Below are positions 19,125-29,909 of a stretch of DNA of 64,000 nucleotides, piece after piece. Made by a program: the position numbers and the translations under genes. The number at the start of each line of letters is the position of its first letter. Within the stretch, counting starts at the first letter, position 1. A model generated the notes under the pieces. It had not been told where the DNA came from. It made no database searches and was given only the letters and a program-made list of their open reading frames with translations. The DNA comes from an uncultured Bacteroidales bacterium (GTDB lineage: Bacteria > Bacteroidota > Bacteroidia > Bacteroidales > JAEINX01): NCBI GenBank assembly GCA_964462015.1, contig CAYWXI010000018.1, positions 25,716 through 89,715 of the forward strand, given 5' to 3'.

Positions 19125-19150
19125 AGTGGTAAAAAGTGGAGATTTGTGGG
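19125..19150 (+). promoter_or_regulatory. Putative MraZ operator: three GTGG(G) direct repeats at 10-bp spacing
   Basis: The sequence is aGTGGtaaaaaGTGGagatttGTGGG, with repeats starting at 19126, 19136 and 19146. It lies 40-60 nt upstream of mraZ and next to a candidate -7 box, TATATTTA, at 19163-19170. Confidence 0.5.
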
Positions 19151-19188
19151 AAATTTATTCCTATATTTACCCCCAAAAATAAAAATCT

Positions 19189-19647
19189 GTGGCAAGGATT
19201 ATAGGCACACATGAATGTAAAGTAGATGCAAAAGGAAGATTGATGTTTCCATCAACTTTCAAAACACAATTAGCTTCCGAAATTAAGGATGGTTTTGTAG
19301 TCAAAAGAAATGTGTTTCAAAAATGCCTTGAATTGTATCCGATGTCTGAGTGGAATATTGAAAGTACAAGAATTAACAAACTTAACCGGTTCAGAAAAAA
19401 GAATGTTGATTTCATCAGAAAATTTATGGCAGGAGTAAAAACCATTGAATTGGATAATGCTGGCAGATTGCTGATTCCCAAAGATTTGATTAATTTCAGT
19501 GGAATAAAAAAAGAAATAGTATTAGCTTCAGTTGTGAACAAAATTGAGATTTGGAATAAGGAAGAATATGAAAAAGCGGTTGATTATGATTCTGATGATC
19601 TTGCTGCTTTAGCTGAAGATGTTATGGGTGATTTTGAAATTGAATAA
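19189..19647 (+). CDS. mraZ: Transcriptional regulator MraZ
   Basis: It has two SpoVT/AbrB-like halves (DAKGRLMFP and DNAGRLLIP). It starts with GTG and is the first gene of the dcw cluster. Confidence 0.95.
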   Translation: MARIIGTHECKVDAKGRLMFPSTFKTQLASEIKDGFVVKRNVFQKCLELYPMSEWNIESTRINKLNRFRKKNVDFIRKFMAGVKTIELDNAGRLLIPKDLINFSGIKKEIVLASVVNKIEIWNKEEYEKAVDYDSDDLAALAEDVMGDFEIE

Positions 19648-19650
19648 TAA

Positions 19651-20550
19651 TTGCAAATGTATCATAATCCTGTTTTATTAAACGAAAGCGTTTTAGGTTT
19701 AGCAATAAAATCCAATGGCACTTATGCTGATGTCACCTTCGGGGGTGGAGGCCATTCACGTGAAATACTTAGACTTTTAAGTGATGGTAAACTTATTGTC
19801 TTTGATCAGGACGAAGATGCTGAAAGGAATTTCCCAGGCGATGAGAGAATGATTTTTGTTAATAATAATTTCAGGTATTTAAAGAATTTTTTAAAGTTCT
19901 ACAAAGCTATTCCGGTTGATGGAATTATTGCTGATCTCGGAGTTTCATCCTACCAATTTGACAATCCTGACAGAGGATTTTCGATAAGGTTTGAGGGAGA
20001 CCTGGATCTAAGGATGGATCAAAAAAGTGAAATCAATGCCAAAACGATTCTTAATGAATATTCTCTGGACAAACTAAGGAACATATTTTTCAAATTTGGA
20101 GAAGTACATAATGCTTCTAAACTGGCAAACTTAATAGTTGAAAAGCGTAAGGATGAAAAAATTGCCTCAATAACAAGGTTTAAAGAATTGATTTCAACAT
20201 GTATTCCAAAAGAAAAAGAAAATAAATATTTAGCAAAAGTTTTTCAGGCTTTGCGAATCGAAGTAAATGATGAATTGAATTCATTAAAAGAAATGCTCCA
20301 TCAATCAAAAGAAGTCCTACGGCCCGGAGGCAGATTTGTTGTAATTTCATACCATTCATTAGAAGACAGGTTGATAAAAAACTTTTTCAGGTCGGGAAAT
20401 TTTGAAGGGAAAATTGAAAAAGATTTCTTTGGTGTTCCCCAGGTTCCATTCAAAGTTATCACTAAAAAACCAATAATAGCCACAGAGAAAGAAATAGAAA
20501 AAAACAGCAGGGCAAGAAGTGCAAGATTGAGAATTGCTGAAAAAATTTAA
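19651..20550 (+). CDS. rsmH: 16S rRNA (cytosine1402-N4)-methyltransferase RsmH
   Basis: Motifs HNPVLL, DVTFGGGGHS, DLGVSS and SYHSLEDR are present. The true start may be the ATG at 19657. Confidence 0.95.
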   Translation: MQMYHNPVLLNESVLGLAIKSNGTYADVTFGGGGHSREILRLLSDGKLIVFDQDEDAERNFPGDERMIFVNNNFRYLKNFLKFYKAIPVDGIIADLGVSSYQFDNPDRGFSIRFEGDLDLRMDQKSEINAKTILNEYSLDKLRNIFFKFGEVHNASKLANLIVEKRKDEKIASITRFKELISTCIPKEKENKYLAKVFQALRIEVNDELNSLKEMLHQSKEVLRPGGRFVVISYHSLEDRLIKNFFRSGNFEGKIEKDFFGVPQVPFKVITKKPIIATEKEIEKNSRARSARLRIAEKI

Positions 20551-20552
20551 TC

Positions 20553-20924
20553 ATGACAGAAAAGATAAATAAATTAAAGAAGGAGGAGAAACCGGGTAAA
20601 GATAGCAAGGTCGGTAAATCATTGCATAAAGTCTTTGATGGAGAATTTCTTACCAGAAAAAAGTCATTAAGTCTATTACCTTTTCTGATGTTAATTACAA
20701 GCCTTGCTATTATTTATATTGGAAACACATATTACGGTGAAAAAGTAATAAGAAAAATTCAAAGTAAACAAAAAGAAGTGAATGAATTAAGATTTGAATA
20801 TATAACAACAAAATCAGATTTAATGGAATTGACGAAACAATCAAGTTTAGCTGACAGGCTAAAATCGAAAGGGATTAAAGAATCGACAACTCCACCATAT
20901 AAAATTTTTATTAAAAAAAAATAA
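20553..20924 (+). CDS. FtsL-like cell-division membrane protein
   Basis: 123 aa with a single TM helix followed by a coiled-coil-like region. It occupies the canonical slot between rsmH and ftsI. Confidence 0.6.
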   Translation: MTEKINKLKKEEKPGKDSKVGKSLHKVFDGEFLTRKKSLSLLPFLMLITSLAIIYIGNTYYGEKVIRKIQSKQKEVNELRFEYITTKSDLMELTKQSSLADRLKSKGIKESTTPPYKIFIKKK

Positions 20925-20978
20925 AATGGTAATAAAGCATCCAATTCCGATAAAATCGTAACAATCAAGAAAAGAAGT

Positions 20979-23090
20979 TTGAAAGATATTAAAAGAGACA
21001 TATTATGGCGAATTTACCTGACATATTTCATTGTGTTGGCTTTTGCTATTGGTGTTATCCTAAAACTAGTTTTAATACAAATATATGAAGGCGATGAGTT
21101 AATACTTAAAGCACAAACCTTTGAACTGAAATATTTTTCATTAGATGCAACAAGAGGAAACATTTATGGTGATGATGGAAGCCTGATAGCCACTTCTATA
21201 CCAATATTTGAAATCAGGATGGATATTGCCTCTCCGTTAATCCCCGATGATGTTTTCAACAAAAAAATTGACTCTCTTGCCCTTTGTCTTTCAAAATTAT
21301 TTAAAGATAAATCAAAATCAGGATATAAAAAATATTTACGCAAAGGCAGAAAGAAAAACCGATATTTATTACTGAAGAGAGCTGCAACATATTCGGAATT
21401 GAAAAAAGTAAAAAAGTTTCCGATTTTGAGAAGAGGAAAATATAGTGGGGGGCTTATTGTAATTCAAAAAACTAAAAGAAAACTTCCATATTCAATTCTT
21501 GCGAAACGAACCATTGGTTTTGAAAACAAAAAGAAGGAATACTTCGTCGGAATTGAAGGTGCGTATTCAGATATTTTACAGGGAACAAAAGGAAAACAAT
21601 TAAGACGAAGAATAAGTAATGGCGACTGGAAGCCCATTCATAATGAAGCGGAAATTGAACCCGAACGCGGAAAAGACATCATTACAAGCATTAATGTAAA
21701 CATTCAGGATGTTACTGAAAACGCCTTGATGCGTCACCTCGAACAACATAAAGCATATCAGGGTTGTGCTGTTTTAATGGAGGTTGAAACAGGCTTTGTA
21801 AAAGCTATTGCAAACCTTCAATATGATTCTTCTGACAATAAATATAAAGAAATTTACAACTATGCTATCCATGAAAGTGTTGAACCGGGTTCAACTTTTA
21901 AACTTGCTTCGATGTTGGTAGCTCTTGAGGATGATAAAATTAATCTGACTGACACCATAGATACCGGTGATGGATGGAAAGTATATTATAATCGCACCAT
22001 GCGCGATGCTCATAAAATCAGAAATGGTAAAATTACCGGCAGGGAGGCTTTTCAGTTTTCGTCAAATGTAGGAATTTCAAAAATTATTTTCGATGCATAT
22101 AAAAATCAACCGGAAAAATTTATTGAAAAACTTTATGATATTTCGTTAAATAAACCATTGGGAATTGAAATTTCAGGCGAGTCAAATCCTGTTATTAAAC
22201 ATCCCGAAAATAAAAAATACTGGTATGGGACTTCTCTTCCCTGGATGTCAATTGGTTATGAATTATCTCTGACTCCTTTACAAATGTTAACTTTATATAA
22301 TACAATAGCAAATGATGGAAAGATGATGAAACCATTATTTGTCAAACAAATACAACAAGGGGGAAAAACACTTGAAACGTTCAAACCCATAGTAATAAGT
22401 AAATCAATATGCTCATCTTCAACCATTGATACACTACAAAGTTTATTGGAAGGAGTTGTGGAGCTTGGTACTGCAAGGAGGATTAAAAATTCCATTTATA
22501 AAATTGCCGGAAAAACAGGTACTGCCCAAATTGCAAATAGAAACAAAGGTTATGATAAGAAAAATTACAATTCGACATTTATCGGATATTTTCCTGCCGA
22601 GTCGCCACAATATTCCTGCATTGTTGTAATTAGTAAACCAACGGCCGGCTATTATTATGGCAGTTCAGTAGCAGCTCCGGTTTTTAAAGAAATTGCCGAT
22701 AAAGTTTATGCCGGCAGCTTAAAAATTCATCAACGAGAAGATAATGATGAAATTGAATTTTCAGCACCCTTAGTTAAAGCCGGAAATCAGGAAGATTTAC
22801 AGATCTTTTACAATGATCTCGGATTTGCTCTCGATTCAGCAAATTCTACAAATGAGTGGGTTGTAAGTTCGTTTAAAAATGAAAAAGTAAAATTAGAATC
22901 AAAAAACATTAAAGCCGAAACAGTACCTAATGTAAAGGGTATGAGTGCCAGAGATGCAATTTTTATTCTCGAATCAATTGGTTTAAATCCCAAAATCAAA
23001 GGTAAAGGAATTGTTAAAAATCAATCGATCAAGGCAGGAACAAAAGTTACAAAAGGAAGAGAAATAATTTTAAATCTCAAAACAACTTAA
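20979..23090 (+). CDS. ftsI: Penicillin-binding protein 3 (FtsI-type transpeptidase) with a C-terminal PASTA domain
   Basis: It has a TM anchor, the STFK, SSN and KTGT transpeptidase motifs, and a terminal PASTA-like segment (VPNVKGMSARDAI...). Confidence 0.9.
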   Translation: MKDIKRDILWRIYLTYFIVLAFAIGVILKLVLIQIYEGDELILKAQTFELKYFSLDATRGNIYGDDGSLIATSIPIFEIRMDIASPLIPDDVFNKKIDSLALCLSKLFKDKSKSGYKKYLRKGRKKNRYLLLKRAATYSELKKVKKFPILRRGKYSGGLIVIQKTKRKLPYSILAKRTIGFENKKKEYFVGIEGAYSDILQGTKGKQLRRRISNGDWKPIHNEAEIEPERGKDIITSINVNIQDVTENALMRHLEQHKAYQGCAVLMEVETGFVKAIANLQYDSSDNKYKEIYNYAIHESVEPGSTFKLASMLVALEDDKINLTDTIDTGDGWKVYYNRTMRDAHKIRNGKITGREAFQFSSNVGISKIIFDAYKNQPEKFIEKLYDISLNKPLGIEISGESNPVIKHPENKKYWYGTSLPWMSIGYELSLTPLQMLTLYNTIANDGKMMKPLFVKQIQQGGKTLETFKPIVISKSICSSSTIDTLQSLLEGVVELGTARRIKNSIYKIAGKTGTAQIANRNKGYDKKNYNSTFIGYFPAESPQYSCIVVISKPTAGYYYGSSVAAPVFKEIADKVYAGSLKIHQREDNDEIEFSAPLVKAGNQEDLQIFYNDLGFALDSANSTNEWVVSSFKNEKVKLESKNIKAETVPNVKGMSARDAIFILESIGLNPKIKGKGIVKNQSIKAGTKVTKGREIILNLKTT

Positions 23091-23097
23091 TTAATGG

Positions 23098-23270
23098 TAC
23101 TACTACAAATTATGCGGGACCAGATAAATGCGAAAATGAGTGAATGCTAAAATGCGAGAATAAAAATAATACACAAAATGAAAAAATCTAATATAGCAAT
23201 ATTCAAATTATTTATTATCAAAGATTTAACTGTCATGAAATATTTAAGCATTTAAGCATTGTAGCATTCT
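23098..23270. repeat. Word-repeat inverted-repeat element in the ftsI-murE spacer
   Basis: The left arm (23098-23165) reads gtactactacaaattatgcggg...aaatgcgaaaatgagtgaatgctaaaatgcgagaat. The right arm (23243-23270) reads tttaagcatttaagcattgtagcattc, which is the inverted AATGC word orientation. An A+T-rich loop of ~75 nt separates them. Confidence 0.6.
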
Positions 23271-23276
23271 ATCATT

Positions 23277-24743
23277 ATGAAGAAATTAACTGAAATAATA
23301 AAAGGAGTCGAAATAATTGCAAGTTATGGAGCAATTGATATTGAAATTTCTTCTGTTGAATTTGATTCCCGAAAAATTGAAAAAGGAGCTTTATTTGTTG
23401 CCATAAAAGGTTGCTCAGTCGATGGTCATAATTATATTATGCAGGCAATGAATAACGGTGCTATTGCTATTGTGTGTGAAGAAATTCCATGCGAACTAAA
23501 CAAGCAGGCAACCTATCTTCTGGTAAAAGACAGCAGCTTTGCATTAGGCATAATTGCTTCCAATTTATACGACAATCCATCATCGAAACTAAAATTGATT
23601 GGAGTAACCGGCACTAATGGAAAAACAACAATTGTAAGTTTATTATATCAATTATATAAATCTTTGGGATTCGCTTCCGGAATGCTTTCAACTATCCAAA
23701 ATATTATTAACGAAAACATTATCCCTTCCTCTCACACAACCGCTGATGCTATACAAATCAATAGTTTACTAAATCAAATGATAGAAAATAATTGTGAGTA
23801 TTGTTTTATGGAAATTAGCTCTCATTCTATTGATCAAAACAGAATTGCAGGTTTGGATTTTACCGGTGGAGTTTTCACAAACATTACTCACGATCATCTG
23901 GACTATCATAAATCCTTTAAAGAATATCTAAAAACAAAAAAGAAATTTTTCGATGATCTACCAGCTAATGCATTTGCTTTATCAAATATTGATGATAAGA
24001 ACGGGAAAATCATTCTACAAAACACAAAGGCAAAGAAATTTACTTATAGTTTGAAATCTGTTTCCGATTTTAAAAGTAAAATTCTTGAAGATCAATTTGA
24101 AGGCTTACAATTAAATATTGATGGTATTGAAGTTTGGTTCAAACTTATTGGTGATTTTAACGCTTATAATCTTCTCGCCGTATATGGATCAGCAATTTTA
24201 CTTGGAATGGAAAAATCCGAAATATTGCAGAATTTAAGTAATTTAAAACCGGCTGAAGGGAGATTCGATATTATAAATAGTCCTGAAAGAAAAATTGCCA
24301 TAATCGACTATGCACACACTCCCGATGCTTTGAAAAATGTATTGGATGTAATTCAAAGCATAAAATCTCTTAATCAAAAAATTACATGTGTTGTTGGAGC
24401 AGGAGGAGACAGGGATAAGGAAAAGCGACGACTGATGGCAAAAATTGCATGCGAAAGAAGTGATATGGTTATTCTGACTTCCGATAATCCAAGATCTGAG
24501 GATCCTCAGGAAATTATTGATCAAATGAAAAAAGGTGTTGATGCTGGTAATAATAAAAAAGTGATTTCAATAATCGACAGAAAAGAGGCCATTAAAACAG
24601 CATGTGCTTTGACAAATAGCGGTGATATAATTTTAATTGCCGGTAAAGGACATGAGAAATACCAAATCATTAAAGGGATAAAATATCCATTTGATGATAT
24701 GAAAATTGTGAAAGAAATATTGTTAACTGATAAAGCTGAATAA
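23277..24743 (+). CDS. murE: UDP-N-acetylmuramoyl-L-alanyl-D-glutamate--2,6-diaminopimelate ligase
   Basis: It has the Mur ligase P-loop [10 protein letters not shown] and a DNPR motif (TSDNPRSE). It sits in the expected dcw position. Confidence 0.95.
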   Translation: MKKLTEIIKGVEIIASYGAIDIEISSVEFDSRKIEKGALFVAIKGCSVDGHNYIMQAMNNGAIAIVCEEIPCELNKQATYLLVKDSSFALGIIASNLYDNPSSKLKLIGVTGTNGKTTIVSLLYQLYKSLGFASGMLSTIQNIINENIIPSSHTTADAIQINSLLNQMIENNCEYCFMEISSHSIDQNRIAGLDFTGGVFTNITHDHLDYHKSFKEYLKTKKKFFDDLPANAFALSNIDDKNGKIILQNTKAKKFTYSLKSVSDFKSKILEDQFEGLQLNIDGIEVWFKLIGDFNAYNLLAVYGSAILLGMEKSEILQNLSNLKPAEGRFDIINSPERKIAIIDYAHTPDALKNVLDVIQSIKSLNQKITCVVGAGGDRDKEKRRLMAKIACERSDMVILTSDNPRSEDPQEIIDQMKKGVDAGNNKKVISIIDRKEAIKTACALTNSGDIILIAGKGHEKYQIIKGIKYPFDDMKIVKEILLTDKAE

Positions 24744-24744
24744 C

Positions 24745-25980
24745 ATGCTCTATTATTTATTTGAATATTTGGAAAATACATTTAGTTTCCCTGGAGCTCA
24801 GGTATTTCAATATATTTCATTCAGGGCTTCATTAGCAATAATCACATCCTTGTTGATTTCATTGATTTTCGGCAAAAGCCTGATCAATTTATTAATAAAA
24901 AAACAAGTTGGTGAAACTGTCAGAGACCTGGGCCTTGAAGGCCAACTCCAAAAAAAAGGAACTCCAACAATGGGTGGGCTAATTATCCTGGGTGCAATTA
25001 TCATCCCAACACTGTTGTTTGCAAAACTCGATAATATTTACATTTTGTTAATGCTTTTTACAACAATCTGGCTTGGTATCATTGGATTTATAGATGATTA
25101 TATAAAAGTTTTTAAAAAGGATAAAAAAGGACTTGCCGGGAAATTTAAAATTTTAGGTCAGGTAACTCTTGGATTGGTTGTCGGGATTACAATGCTTTAT
25201 AACGACAATATTGTGATCAGAGAAAAGATAACTGCCGAAACAGTTGTTAGTGAAGAAATACAAACTGAAAAAATCAATGCTTTTTCAAGTAATTCACAAA
25301 AATCAACAAAAACAACAATTCCTTTTGTTAAAAATAATGAATTTGATTATTCATTTTTATTATCGTGGCTTGGAGATGGTTACGAAAAATGGGCATTTTT
25401 GATTTTTATTCCGATTGTGATTTTAATAATAGTTGGAGTATCAAACGGGAGCAACTTAACCGATGGTGTTGATGGTCTGGCAGCGGGAACTTCAGCAATA
25501 ATTGGAGCTACTCTCGCAATTTTGGCATGGGTTTCAGGCAATATAATTTTTTCAAATTATCTGAATATAATGTTCATTCCAAACACAGGTGAACTTGCAA
25601 TATTTATCAGTGCTTTTGTTGGTGCAACTATCGGATTTCTATGGTATAATACATATCCGGCCCAAGTATTTATGGGCGACACGGGAAGTTTGGCCATCGG
25701 TGGTATTATTGCAGTTTTTGCAATTATTATCCGTAAAGAACTTCTAATCCCGATTCTATGTGGGATATTTCTGGTTGAAAGTCTTTCGGTAATGTTACAG
25801 GTTAGTTATTTTAAACATACTAAACGAAAATATGGAGCAGGTAAAAGAATTTTTAAAATGTCTCCGCTTCATCATCATTATCAAAAACTTGGGTATGCCG
25901 AGCCTAAAATAGTTCAACGATTTATGATCATCGGAATAATGTTGGCAGTTTTAACAGTTATAACATTAAAACTTAGATAA
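24745..25980 (+). CDS. mraY: Phospho-N-acetylmuramoyl-pentapeptide transferase
   Basis: Polytopic membrane protein with the motifs [16 protein letters not shown] and MGDTGSLA. Confidence 0.95.
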   Translation: MLYYLFEYLENTFSFPGAQVFQYISFRASLAIITSLLISLIFGKSLINLLIKKQVGETVRDLGLEGQLQKKGTPTMGGLIILGAIIIPTLLFAKLDNIYILLMLFTTIWLGIIGFIDDYIKVFKKDKKGLAGKFKILGQVTLGLVVGITMLYNDNIVIREKITAETVVSEEIQTEKINAFSSNSQKSTKTTIPFVKNNEFDYSFLLSWLGDGYEKWAFLIFIPIVILIIVGVSNGSNLTDGVDGLAAGTSAIIGATLAILAWVSGNIIFSNYLNIMFIPNTGELAIFISAFVGATIGFLWYNTYPAQVFMGDTGSLAIGGIIAVFAIIIRKELLIPILCGIFLVESLSVMLQVSYFKHTKRKYGAGKRIFKMSPLHHHYQKLGYAEPKIVQRFMIIGIMLAVLTVITLKLR

Positions 25981-26110
25981 GTGGAGAAATGGAGTAATGG
26001 AGAATAGAGAGATGGAATGGTGGAGTGATGGAGTGGTAGAACATCCCCAAAAAAATTGAGATAAGTTATGATTAAATAATGAAATTGGAAATTAGAAATT
26101 CGGGAACATA
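25981..26110. repeat. Word-repeat spacer (ATGGAG words) plus a half copy of the GAAATTAGAAATTG hairpin arm
   Basis: It begins gtggagaaatggagtaatggagaatagagagatggaatggtggagtgatggagtgg. Then gaaattggaaattagaaattcggg follows at 26081-26104, and I cannot find a matching right arm. Confidence 0.6.
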
Positions 26111-26192
26111 CAGAAGCTTAGCCAGTCCCGCCATTGCGGGAATTATTAAAGTTTCTTTGCGGTCTTTGTGTCTTTGCGAGAAAATATGAAAT

Positions 26193-27566
26193 ATGAAAAT
26201 ACGAAAAGTCATATTAGGAGGAGGCGAAAGCGGCATAGGTGCTTCTGTATTGGCTAAGAAAAAAGGTTTTGAAGTATTTCTATCAGATAAAGCCAAAATT
26301 AAAAAAAAATATAAGGACGTTCTTTTACAGTATGAAATAAAATTTGAAGAAGGAAAACATTCGGAGGATAAAATTTTAAATGCCGATGAAATAATTAAAA
26401 GTCCCGGAATTCCTGATAATATTCCAATAATTAAAAAAATTATCAAAAATGGGACTCCGATTATTTCAGAGATTGAGTTTGCGGGGCGTTACACGAATGC
26501 AACTTTGATTTGTATAACAGGAAGTAATGGTAAAACAACTACATCGCTGCTGATCCATCATATTTTAAAAAAAGCAGGATTAAATGTTACCATAGCCGGA
26601 AATATCGGACAAAGTTTTGCAATGCAGGTAGCTACAAGCAACTTCGATTATTATGTTCTCGAAATTAGCAGTTTTCAGCTTGACGGCATGTATGATTTTA
26701 AAGCTGATATTGCAGTTATAACAAACATAACGCCTGATCATCTCGACCGATATAACAATAGTTTCAATAACTATATAAATTCAAAACTCCGGATTTTTCA
26801 GAACCAAACAAAAAAAGATTGTTTCGTGTATTGCTTAGACGATGAAGTGTTAAGCCGCGAAATAACGAAAAGAAAAATTGAAGCAAAATGCTTCCCTTTT
26901 TCGATAAATAAGGTATTAGAAACTGATGGAGCATTTCTAAAAAAAATCGGAAAAGGAAAAATTAATAAAAGTGAATTTATCATTAGAACTAACTCAAAAA
27001 CAATAAATATGACATTAGAAAATTTAGCATTACAAGGCAAGCACAATTTGTATAATTCAATGGCAGCCGGTATCGTGTCGCGTACTCTTGACATTCGTAA
27101 AGATATAATAAAACAATGCTTATCAAATTTTCAAAATATTGAGCATCGTTTAGAATACGTGGCAAGTATTTATGGAATAGAATTTATTAATGATTCAAAA
27201 GCCACTAATGTAAATTCAACATGGTATGCTATTGAGTCAAGTGACAAACCAGGCAAGCATATAATTTGGATTGCCGGAGGAATTGATAAAGGAAATGACT
27301 ATCAAATGTTAAGTCCGGTAGTTAAAGAAAAAGTTAAAGCAATTATTTGTTTAGGCCTCGATAATAAAAATATTAAAAATGCATTTGCCGATGATGTAAA
27401 TTCAATAATCGAAACAACGTCGATGAATGAGGCTGTTGAAATAGCTCTTTCTTATGGTGTACCTCATGATGTTGTACTATTGTCACCAGCTTGTGCAAGT
27501 TTCGATTTATTTGAAAATTATGAAGATCGTGGATGGCAATTTAAAGATGAAGTCAGGAAATTATAA
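26193..27566 (+). CDS. murD: UDP-N-acetylmuramoylalanine--D-glutamate ligase
   Basis: It has an N-terminal GGGESGIG Rossmann-type motif and the Mur ligase P-loop GSNGKTTT. It sits in the expected dcw position. Confidence 0.95.
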   Translation: MKIRKVILGGGESGIGASVLAKKKGFEVFLSDKAKIKKKYKDVLLQYEIKFEEGKHSEDKILNADEIIKSPGIPDNIPIIKKIIKNGTPIISEIEFAGRYTNATLICITGSNGKTTTSLLIHHILKKAGLNVTIAGNIGQSFAMQVATSNFDYYVLEISSFQLDGMYDFKADIAVITNITPDHLDRYNNSFNNYINSKLRIFQNQTKKDCFVYCLDDEVLSREITKRKIEAKCFPFSINKVLETDGAFLKKIGKGKINKSEFIIRTNSKTINMTLENLALQGKHNLYNSMAAGIVSRTLDIRKDIIKQCLSNFQNIEHRLEYVASIYGIEFINDSKATNVNSTWYAIESSDKPGKHIIWIAGGIDKGNDYQMLSPVVKEKVKAIICLGLDNKNIKNAFADDVNSIIETTSMNEAVEIALSYGVPHDVVLLSPACASFDLFENYEDRGWQFKDEVRKL

Positions 27567-27569
27567 AAA

Positions 27570-28727
27570 ATGTCAACAGTTTTAAAAAATATAAAAGGTG
27601 ATAAAGTAATTTGGGCAGTAGTGGTTCTATTGTCGATTTTTTCACTATTAGCAGTTTATAGCTCAACAGGAACACTTGCATATAAATACAAATCAGGTAA
27701 TACTGAATATTATATGATTAAGCATTTTTTTATACTTATTTTCGGCTTATCATTAATATATTTTACACATAGAATAAAATACGTTTATTTTTCAAGAATT
27801 TTTCAAATTGCCTTTTATATTGTTATTCCTTTATTGTTTCTAACACTTTTTATCGGTGTAAATTTAAATGAAGCCCGCCGTGTGTTACCTTTGCCGTTTA
27901 ATTTAACATTCCAGACTTCCGATTTGGCAAAATTAACTTTGATAGTTTATCTATCGCGATTATTATCTAAAAAACAGGATACTATTAAAAGTTTTAAAAC
28001 AGCTTTTGTTCCAATAATGTTACCTGTATTAATAGTTTGCGGATTAATTTTACCTGCCAATTTTTCAACTGCTACAATGCTTTTTGTTACATGTTTGGTG
28101 TTAATTTTCATAGGAAGAATAAAAACCAAATATTTATTGTCATTATCAGGAATAGGAATACTTAGTTTATCAATATTTATTGCTATATTATTTACCTTAC
28201 CCGAAGAAAATCAAGGCAGGTTAATGACGTGGAAAAAACGAATTGAGGCTCATTTTGGGGAAGGGGAAGAAAACAATTACCAGGTTGAACAATCAAAAAT
28301 TGCAATTGCATCGGGAGGAATTTTTGGCAAGTTTCCAGGAAATAGCACTCAGCGAAATTTTCTGCCTCACCCCTATTCCGATTTTATTTTTGCTATAATT
28401 GTCGAAGAATACGGGCTTGTTGGAAGCATTTTTATTGTTTTGTTGTTTCTGATCTTCTTTTTCAGAGTAGTAAGAATAGCAACAAAAGTTAAAGGGAAAT
28501 TCGGAACCTTCATTACCTTCGGAATTGGATTTAGCCTGATTTTTCAGGCTATGATAAATATGGCTGTTGCCGTAAACATTTTACCTGTTACAGGGCAAAC
28601 ACTTCCATTAGTAAGTATGGGAGGAACCTCGATTTGGTTTACGTGCATTTCGGTGGGAATCATTCTGAGTGTCAGCAAAGAAGTACAGGAAGAAACTGAC
28701 CTTGAAGTAAATTTAGCGGTAGTTTGA
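27570..28727 (+). CDS. ftsW: FtsW/RodA-family (SEDS) peptidoglycan glycosyltransferase
   Basis: About 10 TM helices and the conserved PHPYSDFIFA and LPLVSMGGTS motifs. Confidence 0.9.
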   Translation: MSTVLKNIKGDKVIWAVVVLLSIFSLLAVYSSTGTLAYKYKSGNTEYYMIKHFFILIFGLSLIYFTHRIKYVYFSRIFQIAFYIVIPLLFLTLFIGVNLNEARRVLPLPFNLTFQTSDLAKLTLIVYLSRLLSKKQDTIKSFKTAFVPIMLPVLIVCGLILPANFSTATMLFVTCLVLIFIGRIKTKYLLSLSGIGILSLSIFIAILFTLPEENQGRLMTWKKRIEAHFGEGEENNYQVEQSKIAIASGGIFGKFPGNSTQRNFLPHPYSDFIFAIIVEEYGLVGSIFIVLLFLIFFFRVVRIATKVKGKFGTFITFGIGFSLIFQAMINMAVAVNILPVTGQTLPLVSMGGTSIWFTCISVGIILSVSKEVQEETDLEVNLAVV

Positions 28728-28753
28728 TAATTTGAGAATTGAGATTTTAGAAC

Positions 28754-29860
28754 TTGAAGAAAAAATATAAAATATTAATTAGTGGTGGTGGAACAGGTGG
28801 ACATGTTTTTCCGGCTATTGCTATTGCAAATGAATTAAAAAAGCGTTTGCCCGATGTTTCTATTTTGTTTATCGGAGCTAAGGGAAAAATTGAAATGTCG
28901 AAAGTACCTGAGGCCGGATATCCAATTGAAGCATTGTGGATTAGCGGATTTCAACGAAATATTAATTTAAAAAACCTCTCATTTCCCATTAAGCTAATTC
29001 TTAGTTTATTAAAATCCAGAAGGATAATTAAAAAATTCAAACCAAACATTGTAATAGGAGTTGGAGGATATGCAAGTGGGCCAGCATTAAAAATGGCTCA
29101 AAAATCAGGTATTCCTACTCTAATTCAGGAACAAAATTCATTTCCCGGTATAACAAACAAACTTCTTGCAAAATCTGTTAACAAAATTTGTGTGGCTTAT
29201 GAAGGAATGGATAAATATTTTGATAAATCAAAAATCATTATCACCGGAAATCCTATTCGTGAAGAAGTTATTGATATTGAAGGAAAACGAAATGTTGCTT
29301 TGAAATTCTTTAATCTGTCAGTTAGTGTCAAAACACTACTTGTAATTGGTGGAAGCCAGGGAGCAAAAGCTATTAATGAAGGAATAGAAGCAAACCTTAA
29401 ACTTTTTTCCGAAAACAATATTCAAATTATCTGGCAAACAGGGAAATACTATTATGACAGAGCGATTGATATCACAAAAACATCAGAACATAATAACATT
29501 AAGGTTTTAGAATTTATTAAAAGAATGGATATGGCTTTTGCAGCTGCTGACATTGTGATCTCCCGCGCAGGAGCTATAGCAATTTCCGAATTAACTGCTG
29601 TTAAAAAACCTGTAATTTTTGTTCCCCTGCCTACTGCAGCTGAAGACCATCAAACCAAAAACGCTTTGAAACTTGTTAATAACGAGGCTGCCTTATTAAT
29701 TAAAAACAGCGAGGCAAAGGAAAAACTTGGTAAAACAGTTCTTGAGTTATTTAAAGATAAAAATCGCATAAATGTTTTAAAAAATAATATCGGAAAGATG
29801 GCGATTAAAAATTCGGCAGGAAAAATTGTTGATGAAATAATTAAATTGATAGAAGAATAA
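28754..29860 (+). CDS. murG: UDP-N-acetylglucosamine--N-acetylmuramyl-(pentapeptide) pyrophosphoryl-undecaprenol GlcNAc transferase
   Basis: It has the GGGTGGHVFPA motif and a C-terminal GT28 domain (GGSQGA...SRAGA). The start codon is TTG. Confidence 0.95.
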   Translation: MKKKYKILISGGGTGGHVFPAIAIANELKKRLPDVSILFIGAKGKIEMSKVPEAGYPIEALWISGFQRNINLKNLSFPIKLILSLLKSRRIIKKFKPNIVIGVGGYASGPALKMAQKSGIPTLIQEQNSFPGITNKLLAKSVNKICVAYEGMDKYFDKSKIIITGNPIREEVIDIEGKRNVALKFFNLSVSVKTLLVIGGSQGAKAINEGIEANLKLFSENNIQIIWQTGKYYYDRAIDITKTSEHNNIKVLEFIKRMDMAFAAADIVISRAGAIAISELTAVKKPVIFVPLPTAAEDHQTKNALKLVNNEAALLIKNSEAKEKLGKTVLELFKDKNRINVLKNNIGKMAIKNSAGKIVDEIIKLIEE

Positions 29861-29881
29861 AGAAAGGAGTTATAGAAAATT

Positions 29882-29906
29882 AAAATTGGAAATTAGAAAT
29901 TAGAAA
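29882..29906. repeat. Left arm of the GAAATTAGAAATTG hairpin repeat (copy D), flanking the four-helix-bundle ORF
   Basis: The arm aaaattggaaattagaaattagaaa ends 3 nt before the ATG at 29910. Confidence 0.8.
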
Positions 29907-29909
29907 AAA

